The notes below the pieces were generated by a model that was not told the DNA's origin, made no database searches, and was given only the letters and a program-made list of their open reading frames with translations. The translations under genes were made by a program, and so were the position numbers. Positions 41,400-54,251 of a stretch of DNA of 64,000 nt are shown here, in pieces. Source of the DNA: Eledone cirrhosa (taxonomy: Eukaryota); NCBI GenBank assembly GCA_964016885.1, contig OZ024743.1, forward strand, positions 329,840,001 through 329,904,000, written 5' to 3'. Each line of letters opens with the position of its first letter. Position 1 is the first letter of the stretch.

Positions 41400-42711
41400 G
41401 GTGTCTGCCAACTCGTTTTCGAGTACGGCCACTACTTTATATCCATGTAGGAGAACCCCTACCGATGCGCTGAACGAGTGTGACTTTTTAGTCCAGCCAG
41501 CGACTTGAAAACTCTGGTACACACACTACACTTGTGACAATTATTAACACATAGTGCTGGGCCAATGGTACCATGTGACGACATATATACGTGCATACAT
41601 ACATACATACATACATACATACATGGTGGCTGCCAACTCGTTTTCGAGTACGGCCACTACTTTATATCCATGTAGGAGAACCCCTACCGATGCGCTGAAC
41701 GAGTGTGACTTTTTAGTCTAGCCAGCGACTTGAAAACTCTGGTACAAACACTACACTTGTGACAATTATTGACACATAGTGCTTTGCATTTGATACCATG
41801 TGACGACAAGTGCAGAGAGATCTCCAGATATAAAGCAATGCCTGTGCCGTGAAGCATTTATAGTGAGCAAAGGCACTGCACAAAGCCAGTTCCACTCTCT
41901 TAACGAATATGATATTTACCAAAAAGAAGAACAAGTCAACATCATTGGATACCATCAGGGTTGCAGGTGTTATATCAGAGTTTTCCTTCTCCTAGAATTC
42001 TGCCTTGACAAAGGCTAAGGGGTCATCTCTCATACATACATACATACATACATACATACATACATACATACATACATACATACATACATACATACATACA
42101 TAAGGGGTCATCTCCCATACATACATGGTGGCTGCCAATTCGTTTTCGAGTACGGCCGCTACTTTATATCCATAAAGGAGAACCCCTACCGATGCGCTGA
42201 ACGAGTGTGACTTTTTAGTCCAGCCAGCGACTTGAAAACTCTGGTACAAACACTACACTTGTGACAAATATTGACACATAGTGCTGGGCCCATGGTACCC
42301 TGTGACGACAAGTGCAGAGAGATCTCCAGATATAAAGCAATGCCTGAGCCGTGAAGCTTTTATAGTGAGCAAAGGCACTGCACAAAGCCAGTCCCACTCT
42401 CTTAACCAAGATGATATTTACCAAAAGGAAGAACAAGTCAACATCATTGGATACCATCAGAGTTGCAGGTGTTATATCAGAGTTTACCTTCTCCTAGAAT
42501 TCTGCCTTGACAAAGGCTAAAGGGTCATCTCTCCCAGTGATTTTGGATGGCCATTGACTCTTAAGAGCTCCTTTGCCCTTTGACAGGTCTTATTTTTAGT
42601 CCTGCAGGATGTCCAAAGTCACCCTCCTCACCAAGAAACCTTGGTGGGCTTGCCAGTTTAGTCGCCAACGACCCGACCATGGGTCAGGTTGTACTGGGAT
42701 ACATGTTACCA
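40228..42711 (-). mobile_element. Five tandem, variably truncated copies of a non-coding retroposon separated by (TACA)n
   Basis: Copies at 40228-40646, 40722-41330, 41398-41582, 41623-42031, 42125-42711 share the left end 'atggtggctgccaactcg' and differ at the right end. Confidence 0.85.
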
Positions 42712-42784
42712 TAAATTCCATACATACATACATACATACATACATACATACATACATACATACATACATACATACATACATACA

Positions 42785-44190
42785 GTGGCTCACAATGTGT
42801 TTGCTGTGCCTGTCCTAACATCAACGTTTGGAATACTCAATTGGATGATAGACGAAATTCGAGCAACTTCCACATCAACAGTGGCATAGACCGCCTTTAC
42901 TTGAAACGTAAGCAGGGAGGCAGAGGCCTAACATCAGTTCAGACAGCATTTGAATATCGCATCATATCCCTCCGACAACATCTACGAAACTCGAAGCGTA
43001 GGAGCCCGTCTCTCAAGCAAGTCTATCTGCATGAAACAAATAAGATCATGAGAGTTGGGAAGGAACTCCTCGAGACATATTCCCTGTGTGATAATCAAAA
43101 ACTCACTCAGGGAAGTCGCTCAGCAGTATCGCAGTGAATCCATGGATGAAAAACTGCATGCTTATTAGCAAAAAATCATGCATGGATATGTTGCCAGGAA
43201 GCTCCAGAGTAAGAGTAATATAGATAAGGCAAGTAGTCTATCTTGGACCAACAACCGCTATATTGGCTCCCACTTTGAAGGATACGCTTTTGAAATCCAA
43301 GAACAGGAAATCAACAGGAAATACCTGATTCACAAAAGAGATAGGGATGCATGCAAAACACCTAGATGTGATAACAAGTGCAGACTCTGCAGAATTAACA
43401 TTGAAGATGTCACCCATAAAATAAGCAGCTGTCCAAAGATGTCATCGCGGTACTATCTACCTATGAGTCATGATGTAGTGGCCAAAACACTGTACAATGC
43501 AACCCGTAGAAAAGATAGCCCCGATAATAAACACATTAAAAGCTACAGCAATGTGGAAGACATACATATACATAATATGAAAGAGTACTGGTGGAATGTT
43601 CCAGTAAAAACCCCAATAAAATGCAGGCATAACAGACCAGATATTATGATATGGGACAGGGAGAAGAAAACATGCACAGAAGTGGAAATTAGCTGCGCAG
43701 CAGATGCCAATATAATATCAAAGATTAGCGAAAAGGAGAATATTTATGCAGAACTGATGAGAAATCTGCAGATACTCCACCCTGATTACACCTTCAGATT
43801 TATGCCTGTGATTATTGGGGAACTGGGATATGTTAGTAACTGCCTCAATACAAATCTTGAGAAGCCGAGCTTCACAGGAACAGAAAGAACACAACTAGTT
43901 AGGAAATTACAAGTACAATCCATTAATGGAACAGTAGAGATATAAAATATTCCAAAACCTTTGCATCTAATAACTACATATACACATGTACAGATACTAA
44001 GCATACACACACGCACACATACAACTCAAAACATATACATCCACACATACAATAACATCCATATTTACACAGGCATACATACATATCTACCTAGTTGATG
44101 TGTAAATTCCAATCACAGAGTCTTGTGTCTATGTTAGAAACCGACTCTCTCTCTATTGGTAAACATTTGTGAAATTATAAAACCAGAAGA
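42785..44190 (+). pseudogene. R4/Dong-clade non-LTR retrotransposon, 5'-truncated (RT thumb, CCHC knuckle, RLE endonuclease, 3' UTR)
   Basis: RLYLKRKQGGRGL; MHG; QEQEI; CRLC-x7-H-x4-C; NRPDIMIWD...EISC...K.SEK..Y; PVIIGELG; frameshifted; (TACA)n on both sides. Confidence 0.9.
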
Positions 44191-44228
44191 ACATACATTC
44201 ATACATACATACATATATATATACATAC

Positions 44229-44787
44229 ATGGTGGCTGCCAACTCGTTTTCGAGTACGGCCACTACTTTATATCCATGTAGGAGAACCCCCACCGATGTG
44301 CTGAACGAGTGTGACTTTTTAGTCCAGCCAGCGACTTGAAAACTCTGGTACAAACATTACACTTGTGACAATTATTGACATATAGAGCTGGGCCCATGGC
44401 ACCATGTGACGACAGGTGCATAGAGATCTCCAGATATAAAGCAATGCCTGTGCCATGAAGCTTTTATAGTGAGCAAAGGCACTGCACAAAGCCAGTCCCA
44501 CTCTCTTAACGAATATGATATTTACCAAAAAGAACAAGTCAACATCATTGGATACCATCAGGGTTGCAGGTGTTATATCAGAGTTTTCCTTCTGCTAGAA
44601 TTCTGCCTTGACAAAGGCTAAGGGGTCATCTTTCCCGGTGATTTTGGATGGCCATTGACTCTTAAGAACTCCTTTGCCCTTTGACAGGTTTTGTTTTTAG
44701 TCCTGCAGGATGTCCAAAGTCACCCTCCTCACCAAGAAACCTTGGTGGGGTTGCCAGTTTAGTCGCCAACGACCCGACCATGAGACA
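44229..44787 (-). mobile_element. Sixth copy of the (TACA)n-associated retroposon
   Basis: Same left end and body as 40722-41330. Confidence 0.85.
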
Positions 44788-45524
44788 ATAGTTCCATGAC
44801 AATAGTTCCATGTAACTGATTTTCACAAAAAGCATTCCTGGTCAGATATATATTCAATTAAGGTTAATAGTATGAAATAGATATTACAGGTCATTCTTAA
44901 ATTGAGGAATTTATGTGGAGTGGTGCTACTGAAATTTATGGTTGGAGTAGAAAATTTACAAATAAAAAGACTTATGTAGGTTGGCTTGCACTACACTCAG
45001 ACCCACACCCACAGACACACACACACACATCCACACATACAAAATGTGGGGTGATAATAATTAAAATAATGGTTAGAGTCCAATACTTAGATAGTTTAGA
45101 AAATTCAGAAATAAAAGGTTTATGCTGGTTGACTTGTACATACAGTCACACCTACCCCCTCAGACACTCACACATCTACACACACAAATCCATACAGGTG
45201 TGTACATATATATATATGTATGCATGTATGTACGCACAAGTATACATATATATATATAAAATATATATATATATACACAGAACATACATATATATAAAAT
45301 ATACATATAAAAATATAAAAAATATATATATACATAAAATACACACATACATAAAATACATACACACATAAAACATACATACATATATATATATAAAATA
45401 CACATACACATACATATATTTATAAAATATATACATATATATACATATATATAAAATACACATATATACGCTTATAAAAATACATATATATATACACATG
45501 ATATATATATACATATATATATAA

Positions 45525-46080
45525 AATCAGGTTCAATAAAACGTGGTTTAGATGACTCCTAACCAGTAGAGGATCCGTTGGACCATCCACCATAGGGACC
45601 ACAAATTATGGGTGGTTGTTGTTGTCCATTGGTCATTGGTACGGGGTGTAGGGGACCTACAAGGAGGGGGGGGGGGCGTTGTGGGAGGCCGTAACCGGGG
45701 TTTATCCATATAGCTTGAGGAAAGTTCCCGTCCTTATGTGTCTGCAGGCACCGAATAAGTCGGTCCTTCTGTTTAATAGCTTGGTTCCGCCATGAACAAT
45801 CTCGAGTGTCTCACTAAGACAGAGGTTGCAAATACCAGAACCGCCTCTGTCTGGGGGAACCTTTCTAACCACGGACCAGACCAGAGAGTGCGGGGTCTTT
45901 TCAAGTTTGAGCTTCCAGATCAATTCAGAAAGGGCCGTACATTTCCTCTTATCTATTCTGTTAAAGGATTGGCGATGGTTATACCACCGACCTCTGAAGC
46001 TCGTCCCTGTGGATCCTATGTAGTGGTGCTCCGAGTTAGGAGTTCTGACCTTGCACCTGTAGACCACGTTTTTCGGTTGA
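45525..46080 (-). pseudogene. Penelope-like element 3' fragment: GIY-YIG endonuclease (Hydra-clade-like)
   Basis: NVVYRC-x9-YIGST...RWYNH...TALS..IW.LK...CNLCLSE...LLNRR...CRH; bounded by (TA)n on both sides. Confidence 0.85.
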
Positions 46081-46089
46081 TATGTATAT

Positions 46090-46132
<43 letters not shown>

Positions 46133-47090
46133 CCTGTTGAAGAACTGAATCCTCTGTTCGATCATGAATATCACGAGCTTGCTAGTCACGTAAGTCTGAT
46201 ATTTGATTTCGGATTCAAAGAAACACTTTAAACATATAATCGTTTGATTTGTCCAGGTGTATTTTTCTCAATCTGCTAGTTCTATCGTTACTTTGGTATA
46301 TTATTGTGTGTTAGATTTTGCTTACCACAATGTTCGATTTGTCAAGCTATTTAAACGTATGTTATTACTCTAAGGACCTGCCTTATCGAGTGCTTTGCTA
46401 TTTCATCATTTCATATAAGTAGGCCGAATTTGCTTGCAAACCACCAGAGATTCGATTTTACTAAATTTCCAATTATATTATTCTCCTAGATTTAATAATT
46501 AACTAATTAATTTAATTAGACAATTCTGTTGATTGGTTAATTATTTATGTTTGTTTTATAACATCTAGTCGGAGCTTATCATGATGATTAGTGGAAATTA
46601 AAATATTTCCTTTGTCTAACAATGACCCGCCAAAAACCGGGGGTTATTTCCCTTGCTGGAATTAACACGTGACAGCTATAGATACGATACGCTGCATCTA
46701 GCAGCAACATTTAGCCTATCACCCCTGTTCTGGGTAGAACGAAAACCTGTTGAAAAACTTAATCCTCTGTTCGATCATGAATACCACGAGCTTGCCAGTC
46801 ACGTAAGTCTGATATTTGATTTCGGATTCAAAGAAACACTTTAAACGTATAATCGTTTGATTTGTCCAGGTGTATTTTTCTCAACCTGTTAGTTCTATCG
46901 TTACTTTGGCATATTATTGTGTGTTAGATTTTGCCTACCACAATGTTCGATTTGTCAAGCTATTTAAACGTATGTTATTACTCTAAGGACCAGCCTTATC
47001 GAGTGCTTTGCTAACTCATCATTTCATATGAGTAGGACGAATTTGCTTGCAAACCGCCAGAGATCGATTTTACTAAATTTCCAATTATAT
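46133..47090 (+). mobile_element. Terminally redundant unit (613-bp period, ~345-bp direct repeat) between (TA)n tracts
   Basis: 46133-46478 repeats at 46746-47090; decayed hammerhead relic at 46577-46684 (tatc-ATGATGA...GTGAC agct ATA-gata). Confidence 0.7.
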
Positions 47091-47289
47091 ATATATATAT
47101 ATATATATATGGATAGACAGACAGACAAATAGAGTGAAAGAGACAGAGGGACAGAGTGACAGGCGTAACTAAATAGATTGTCAAAAAGAATTAAGTACAT
47201 CCAACAGCTGCACATCTTAAATGTTAAAGAAAAGTGTAGATAGCGATATAGATATATTATTTTTCATATATTTATATATTTTCCTCCGC

Positions 47290-47730
47290 TGTGACCCGTT
47301 TGTTTCTTTCTTACTGCTTCCCCTTTCTCTGTATCTCTCACTTCCTTTTACCCCTCTGCCAGTCACTCTCTCTGTTAGCCTCTTCCTCACACTTTCACTC
47401 ACTCTCTGCTACCCCCTCTCCTACTTCCTCCCGTTTGACCTGTGCGAAATTCTTTCCTCACTCACTTCGACCAGGTCGAATGGTCTTTATTCTCTCTCGT
47501 CTACGATTTCACAGAACTTATGTTCATCAATTTCAGGGATTTGATTCCTTCTTCCTCACTTTTCGTTGCATTACCATCTTTGTTTGTTTACTGTCTCGCT
47601 CGTTCCCCCTATTTACGTGTCCCAACGACTTTCTTTAGACGTTGCTCGCACCAACCAGAGGTATATGGTCTTTAAAGCGATGAAATACCAATGAAGGCTG
47701 GAAGATCACTGATGAAGGACTAACTTTATT
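47290..47730 (+). mobile_element. Second copy of the 4417-5068 family
   Basis: 'gctcgcaccaacc.gaggtat...gcgatgaaataccaatga...atcactgatga.ggactaa' shared; ends in (TA)n. Confidence 0.65.
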
Positions 47731-48024
47731 CATATATATATATATATGTATATATAGAGAGAGATAGTTGTAAGGAGATGAGGTAGTGGCTGGAGAGAGT
47801 GAGGGGCAGTGGGGGCAGAGAAAGAGAGGGGAGGATGATTATGAGAGAGAGGGGCGGGGGAGATAGAGAGAGAGGGATGATGATGAGAGAGTGTGGGAAA
47901 GGCAGAGTAAGCGAGAGCGATTGACGGATGTGATATTCTATAAATACACAAAGTAAAACACCTTGTTTACTTGTATTGAGTCGGTAGCTGATGTTGGTGG
48001 CTTTACTGGAGACAGACATACTGT

Positions 48025-48386
48025 GGTAGGTTTAAGGTAGAGATAGAGGTAGGTAGGTGGGTGGGTAGTAGTGAGGGAGGTAGGGAGGTAGGAGGGAGAG
48101 TTAGGTAGGTGGGTAGGTAGGGAGGTAGGGATGGAGGTAGGAGGGAGAGGGGTAGGGAGGTATGGAGGTAAAGGGAGAGGGGTAGGGAGGTATGGAGGTA
48201 GGAGGGAGAGGGGTAGGGTTGTAGGTAGAGATAGAGGTAGGTAGGTTGGTGGGTAGGTAGGGAGGTAGGAGGGAAAGGTAGGGTGGGAAGGAGGGAGGTG
48301 GGAGGGTGGGAGTTAGGGAGGTAGAGATGAGTAGGTAGGTATATGGGTAGGTAGGTAGGTAGGTAGGTATGTAGGTAGGTTATAGG
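48025..48386. repeat. Purine/G-rich low-complexity tract (GGTA/GGGA)
   Basis: Direct reading. Confidence 0.85.
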
Positions 48387-48389
48387 ACA

Positions 48390-49745
48390 TGTCTCTGTGT
48401 GTGTGTGTGTATGTTTGTATATCTATCCGTGTGTGTGTGTGTGTATGTTTGTATATCTATCCGTGTGTGTGTGTATGTTTGTATATCTATCCGTGTGTGT
48501 GTGTGTATGTTTGTATATCTATCCGTGTGTGTGTATGTTTGTATATCTATCCGTGTGTGTGTGTGTGTATATGTTTGTATATCTATCCGTGTATGTGTGT
48601 GTATGTTTGTATATCTATCCGTGTGTGTGTGTGTGTATATATCTATCCGTGCGTGTGTGTGTGTGTGTATATGTTTGTATATCTATCCGTGTGTGTGTGT
48701 GTGTGTGTATGTTTGTATATCTATCCGTGTGTGTGTGTGTGTAGGTGTGTATGTGTGTGCCTGTGTGTGTGTGTGTGCCTGTGTGTGTGCCTGTGTGTGT
48801 GCCTGTGTGTGTGTGAGTGTGCCTGTGAGTGTGTGCCTGTGCCTGTGTGTGGTAGTGTGTGTGCCTGTGTCTGTGTCTGTGTGTCTACATGTGTGTGTGT
48901 GAGTGTGCCTGTATGTGTGTGTGCCTGTGCGTGTTTGTGCCTGTGTGTGTGGTAGTGTGTGTGTCTGTGTCTGTGTGTGTGCCTGTGTGTATGTGTGTGT
49001 GTGCCTGTGTGTGTGTGTGTGCCTATGTGTGTGTGAGTGTGCCCGTGTGTGTGCCTGTGTGTGTGGTAGTGTGTGTGTCTGTGTCTGTGTGTGTGCCTGT
49101 GTGTCTGTGTGTGTGTGTCTGTGTGTGTGTGCCTGTGTGTCTGTGTGTGTGTGTCTGTGTGTGTGTGAGTGTGCCTGTGTGTGCCTGTGCGTGTTTGTGC
49201 CTGTGTGTGTGGTAGTGTGTGTGTCTGTGTGTGTGCCTGTGTGTCTGTGTGTGTGTGACTGTGTGTGTGTGCCTGTGTGTCTGTGCCTGCGTGTGTGCCT
49301 GTGCGTCTGTGTGTGTGTGTCTGTGTGTGTGTAACTGTGTGTGTGTGCCTGTGTGTCTGTGCCTGCGTGTGTGCCTGTGCGTCTGTGTGTGTGTGTCTGT
49401 GTGTGTGTGAGTGTGTCTGTGTGTGTGTGCCTGTGTGTCTGTGTGTGTGTGTCTGTGTGTGTGTGAGTGTGCCTGTGTGTGTGTGCCTGTGTGTGTGGTA
49501 GTGTGTGTATCTGTGTGTGTGCCTGTGTGTCTGTGTGTGTGTGACTGTGTGTGTGTGCCTGTGTGTCTGTGACTGTGTGTGTGCCTGTGTGTCTGTGTGT
49601 GTGTGTGCCTGTGTGTGTGGTAGTGTGTGTGTGTCTGTGTGTGTGCCTGTGTGTCTGTGTGTGTGTGACTGTGTGTGCCTGTGTGTCTGTGTCTGTGTGT
49701 GTGCCTGTGTGTCTGTGTGTGTGCCTGTGTGTCTGTGTGTGTATG
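48390..49745. repeat. (TG)n-based minisatellites ('gtatgtttgtatatctatccgtgtg' units, then 'gtgcctgtgtgtctgt' units)
   Basis: Direct reading. Confidence 0.92.
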
Positions 49746-49849
49746 TAGATTCATCTGTTGCTACGTTAGTGCAGGTGCGTTTATCTTTTTTGTTTGACAT
49801 ATTTATGTTTACGCAGGTGTGTGTGTTGATGTTTTTGTACAGGTATGTA

Positions 49850-51425
49850 TCAGTGTGTGTGTTGTAGTGTCAGTATGTCTGTTGTAGTGTCAGTGAGTGT
49901 GTTGTAGTGTTAGTGTGTGTGTTGTAGTGTCAGTGAGTGTGTTGTAGTGTTAGTGTGTGTGTTGTAGTGTCAGTGTGTCTGTTGTAGTGTCAGTGTGTGT
50001 GTTGTAGTGTTAGTGTGTGTGTTGTAGTGTCAGTGTGTGTTGTAGTGTTAGTGTGTGTGTTGTAGTGTCAGTGTGTGTTGTAGTGTTAGTGTGTGTGTTA
50101 TAGTAGTGTAAGTGTGTGTGTTGTAGTGTTAGTGTGTGTGTGTTGTAGTGTCAGTGAGTGTGTTGTAGTGTCAGTGTGTGTGTTGTAGTGTCAGTGTGTG
50201 TGTTGTAGTGTTAGTGTGTGTGTTGTAGTGTTAGTGTGCGTGTTGTAGTGTTAGTGTGTGTGGTGTAGTGTTAGTGTGTGTGTGTTGTAGTGTTAGTGTG
50301 TGTGTTGTAGTGTCAGTGTGTGTGTTGTAGTGTTAGTGTGTGTGTTGTAGTGTTAGTGTATGTGTTGTAGTGTTAGTGTGCGTGTTGTAGTGTTAGTGTG
50401 TGTGTTGTAGTGTTAGCGTGTGTGTTGTAGTGTTAGTGTGTGTGTTGTAGTGTTAGTGTGCGTGTTGTAGTGTTAGTGTGTGTGTTGTAGTGTTAGTGTG
50501 TGTGTGTTGTAGTGTTAGTGTGTGTGTTGTAGTGTCAGTGTGTGTGTTGTAGTGTTAGTGTGTGTGTTGTGGTGTTAGTGTGTGTGTTGTAGTGTTAGTG
50601 TGTGTTGTAGTGTCAGAGTGTGTGTTGTAGTGTTAGTGTGTGTGTTGTAGTGTTAGTGTGTGTGTTGTAGTGTTAGTGTGTGTGTTGTAGTATTAGTGTG
50701 TGTGTTGTAGTGTTAGTGTGTGTGTTGTAGTGTTAGTGTGTGTGTTGTAGTGTTAGTGTGTGTGTTGTAGTGTTAGTGTGCGTGTTGTAGTGTTAGTGTG
50801 TGTGTTGTAGTGTTAGTGTGTGTGTGTTGTAGTGTTAGTGTGTGTGTTGTAGTGTCAGTGTGTGTGTTGTAGTGTTAGTGTGTGTGTTGTAGTGTTAGTG
50901 TGTGTGTTGTAGTGTTAGTGTGTGTTGTAGTGTCAGAGTGTGTGTTGTAGTGTTAGTGTGTGTGTTGTAGTGTTAGTGTGTGTGTTGTAGTGTTAGTGTG
51001 TGTGTGTTGTAGTGTTAGTGTGTGTTGTAGTGTCAGAGTGTGTGTTGTAGTGTTAGTGTGTGTGTTGTAGTGTTAGTGTGTGTGTTGTAGTGTTAGTGTG
51101 TGTGTGTTGTAGTGTTAGTCTGTGTTGTAGTGTCAGAGTGTGTGTTGTAGTGTTAGTGTGTGTGTTGTAGTGTTAGTGTGTGTGTTGTAGTGTTAGTGTG
51201 TGTGTGTTGTAGTGTTAGTGTGTGTGTTGTAGTGTTAGTGTGTGTGTTGTAGTGTTAGTGTGTGTGTGTTGTAGTGTTAGTGTGTGTGTTGTAGTGTTAG
51301 TGTGTGTGTTGTAGTGTTAGTGTGTGTGTGTTGTAGTGTTAGTGTGTGTGTTGTAGTGTTAGTGTGTGTGTTGTAGTGTCAGAGTGTGTGTTGTAGTGTT
51401 AGTGTGTGTGTTGTAGTGTTAGTGT
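49850..51425. repeat. ~20-bp minisatellite (gttgtagtgttagtgtgtgt)
   Basis: ~1.6 kb tandem array. Confidence 0.96.
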
Positions 51426-51587
51426 GACATATCCTTCAGTCACCCACTTTCAGCACAGCACAGAAATGTCTAGGATGTGACAACTGGAGACAGAAAATGT
51501 GACATCGAACGGCAGCTAACTCTTATGTTATTATATCGACCCCAGGAAGGTTGAAAGACAAAGTTGACATTGTGATGTTTATAAGTA

Positions 51588-51624
51588 CTAGCAGAAAACT
51601 ACCCTTCGGGTGGTTTTCTGCTAG
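51588..51624. other. 17-bp-arm hairpin with CTAG ends; possible Helitron 3' terminus on minus strand
   Basis: ctagcagaaaactaccc ttc gggtggttttctgctag. Confidence 0.4.
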
Positions 51625-51930
51625 CCTGTGTAGTGTGTATATTGATATTATACGCAAATATATATACATGTAGATATGATACATCAAATAAAATCGTAAT
51701 TGACATTATACACAGAAATTGAACGAAGACTGCGTTACACTGTCTTATGTAATCAGTAACGTAATCCATTGACGGAAATATATGACTGTTTATTTAAGCG
51801 ATCGCAAACCGGAAGTGTTGACATTTGAACATTTTAAAGAAGTGAATCTTAAAATAAGCGACAAAATTATTTATAATTAATCAAGAATAACGAAATTTAG
51901 TAGATAAATTATGTAATATTCATTCATTAT

Positions 51931-52123
51931 GGGCGGTGGATTCGCAATATCGGTAAAGGGTCGGACGCCATGCTTTGACGCATAGAGTTACGGCCCTTGC
52001 CATACTGAGTTCAAATCCCGCCGAGATTAACTTTGCCTTTCATCCTTACGGGCTCGATAAAATAAAGTACCAGTAATCTACTGGTTAATTGCTGGCCTTG
52101 TGTCAAAAGTAGAAACAATTATT
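51931..52123 (+). mobile_element. SINE family A, full length
   Basis: A-box-like start, GAGTTCAAATCCC, conserved body and tail. Confidence 0.88.
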
Positions 52124-52987
52124 TATTCAAAGTAATCCAACTTATTTTACAAACGGGATAAAAATATATTCTGGAAGCTGTCCCGCACTCTTCCCTTTAT
52201 TATAGTTTAGATAGCTGTGTTTGTGTGTATACATATATATATATATATTTGGAAGTACAATATATGATTAAAGGTCTACCAAATATAAACAAAATCTTTG
52301 AGTACATGGAAGCCATGTAAAGATTCAACAATATAAACTTCTAGCTGTTTTACAGCTTTCTTTGTTTCTTCCCTTTTTCTTTTCTTTTTTTGTTGTCTTC
52401 TTATCCATAATCTGCCCCCCCCCCTCCGTCTTCAATATTTGAAATTTTAATTTTTTTCTGTTATTTTCCCTTTATATTTTTATTATTTGTCTCACCAACT
52501 CGTTTTGATTACCAACTGTAAGGAGTACTGGATACTTCCCCTAGTCAGTGATGGCTTACTAGCTCTATACAGACGTTTAAATTGATTAATGAAATAAATA
52601 AATACATATTTACATATATGTAAGCACCACCATATGTGGATTTAGTGTGTAAGTGTAGATATGTTTGTGTGTATGTTTAGATATATTTGTGTGTATGTAT
52701 GTATATTTATGTACATGTGTAATTGTATACATATATATATATATTCCATCCACCACTTTATTCTGTCAATTCCACCAGCCCTTTTTCTTTAACCCCTTAT
52801 AAACCCACCTTCACATTCATCACCCCCCCCCCCCCCCCCCTCACCCACACACACACACACCAACATTGCTACACTGACCAGTTAAAATTCTATGGCTATA
52901 CCAATAACCATCCGTACCATCTTCTTTCACATAACAGACTCTCTCTGAACCTGAGCTGGTCGAAATCGAAATAATTGTAATATGCAA

Positions 52988-53458
52988 TCTATATATTAAT
53001 TTCAACAATGTCATTATTCCGTGTGTCATAATTCTCGATTATCATTGGTTCATAGGTTTCAACGACTCCGCCCACCTCAACGACGCCAAACTTAAATTAA
53101 TATGCATAATGCCAATGAGGGAGTGAAAGGGGAGAGTAAGAAACAGAGACGCTGTAACTATTACCATGTGTGCGTGTGTATGTACGTGCACGTATGTTTA
53201 TGTGTGTGTGCGTGCGTGCAGCGTTCCACAGAAAGTAAAAGCAATTCGACTTTATCAAGCAGTGAACTACAACGGCGACGGCGTGCAGTCAGGAATGAAG
53301 AAAAACGGGCCGAACAGCGCCCTCGGAACGTCGAACTTCAGAGGCGAAGACGTGCCGCCATGAATGAAGAGGAGCTGGCTGAACAACGCCAACGAAACAC
53401 TGGAGCCAAGCAGCGACGGCGTGCTGCGATTGTTGAAGACGAACTGGCTGAGCATCAT
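52988..53458 (+). mobile_element. Probable Helitron 5' fragment with 22-aa Arg/Glu repeats
   Basis: A|TCTATATATTAA start; ELQRRRRAxxNEEExAEQRxRN x3, like N-terminal repeats of RepHel proteins (inference). Confidence 0.45.
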
Positions 53459-53473
53459 CTTTTATATTAATTA

Positions 53474-53831
53474 TCTATATCTATATCTACATATAATATA
53501 AAAGATTGGAACTTCCATCATCTTTTTGAGAAATGTGGACCAACCACGTCTATGCAATGATACACATTTTACAGTCAGGCAGAAGATGAACCATCTCCTA
53601 GAGGTCACTATTCTAGGTGGGAGCACCTAGAATTGTTCATATACTATGCACAAACGGTACACCGAAGAATCTGGTATATCTGGAAGATTTTTTTTACTGT
53701 TTTTTGTATCACACAGACACTACGGACTCGCCTCATACTGTACCAGACAAACATCCAATACAGTCATTTTCTCTTTTACCTGTCTTCTCTTATAATCTGT
53801 TTACCCAGGCAAAGCTGGGTACGTCAGCTAG
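53474..53831 (+). mobile_element. Non-autonomous Helitron with PIF1-helicase snippets
   Basis: A|TC start; IIFLRNVDQPRLCNDT (LRN...LCNGT motif) and GAPRIVHIL...KNLVYLE (C-terminal NxVY.E); hairpin acccag-gcaaag-ctgggt then CTAG|T. Confidence 0.8.
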
Positions 53832-54251
53832 TAAAGTTAATTTATGAAACAAAACAAATTTAACTTCGTTCCTGCCTACTGGTATTATACTGTGCACGTT
53901 TCAGCCACCCTAGCCATGGAGTACACTGAAGTATAAACCTACACGAGACGGAAACGGGTAACGGCTTTGAATGCTTTAACTGAGTAACCACCTGTAAATA
54001 TAGTTCCACACATTTGTACCATATATATATATAGTTCGGAACTAGCTGTCGAAATGGACGGAGCTCAACCGCCGGGGGCCTGAATCTTTTCATATTACCC
54101 ACTCTACTACCCCAAATATCGAGTACTCTGGTAGATAAGCAACCAATCACATTCTTTCTAACTTGACCACGGCCATATTGCGGGTCTTAGCCATTTTAAA
54201 ATCTAATTTTGGCGCGATCACTTTGGAAAACTAAGTGTCTAATTTTGAGTT

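Noticed and set aside
44093-44150. 'gttgatgtg...tagaaaccgac' in the R4 3' UTR as a ribozyme
   Set aside because: Core and stems do not fit
40321-44558. Repeated 72-80-aa ORFs (MLGPWYHV..., MVSNDVDL...) as a small gene family
   Set aside because: Overlapping antisense ORFs with non-ATG starts inside a truncated repeat; one copy is frameshifted; no recognisable domain
45530-45600. Expected hammerhead downstream of the GIY-YIG fragment
   Set aside because: Only a vague relic (aggagtcatctaaaccacgtt); core not recoverable
48721-49800. His/Thr-rich 359-aa ORF and the many YI/CV/HT/LS ORFs
   Set aside because: Dinucleotide-repeat translations
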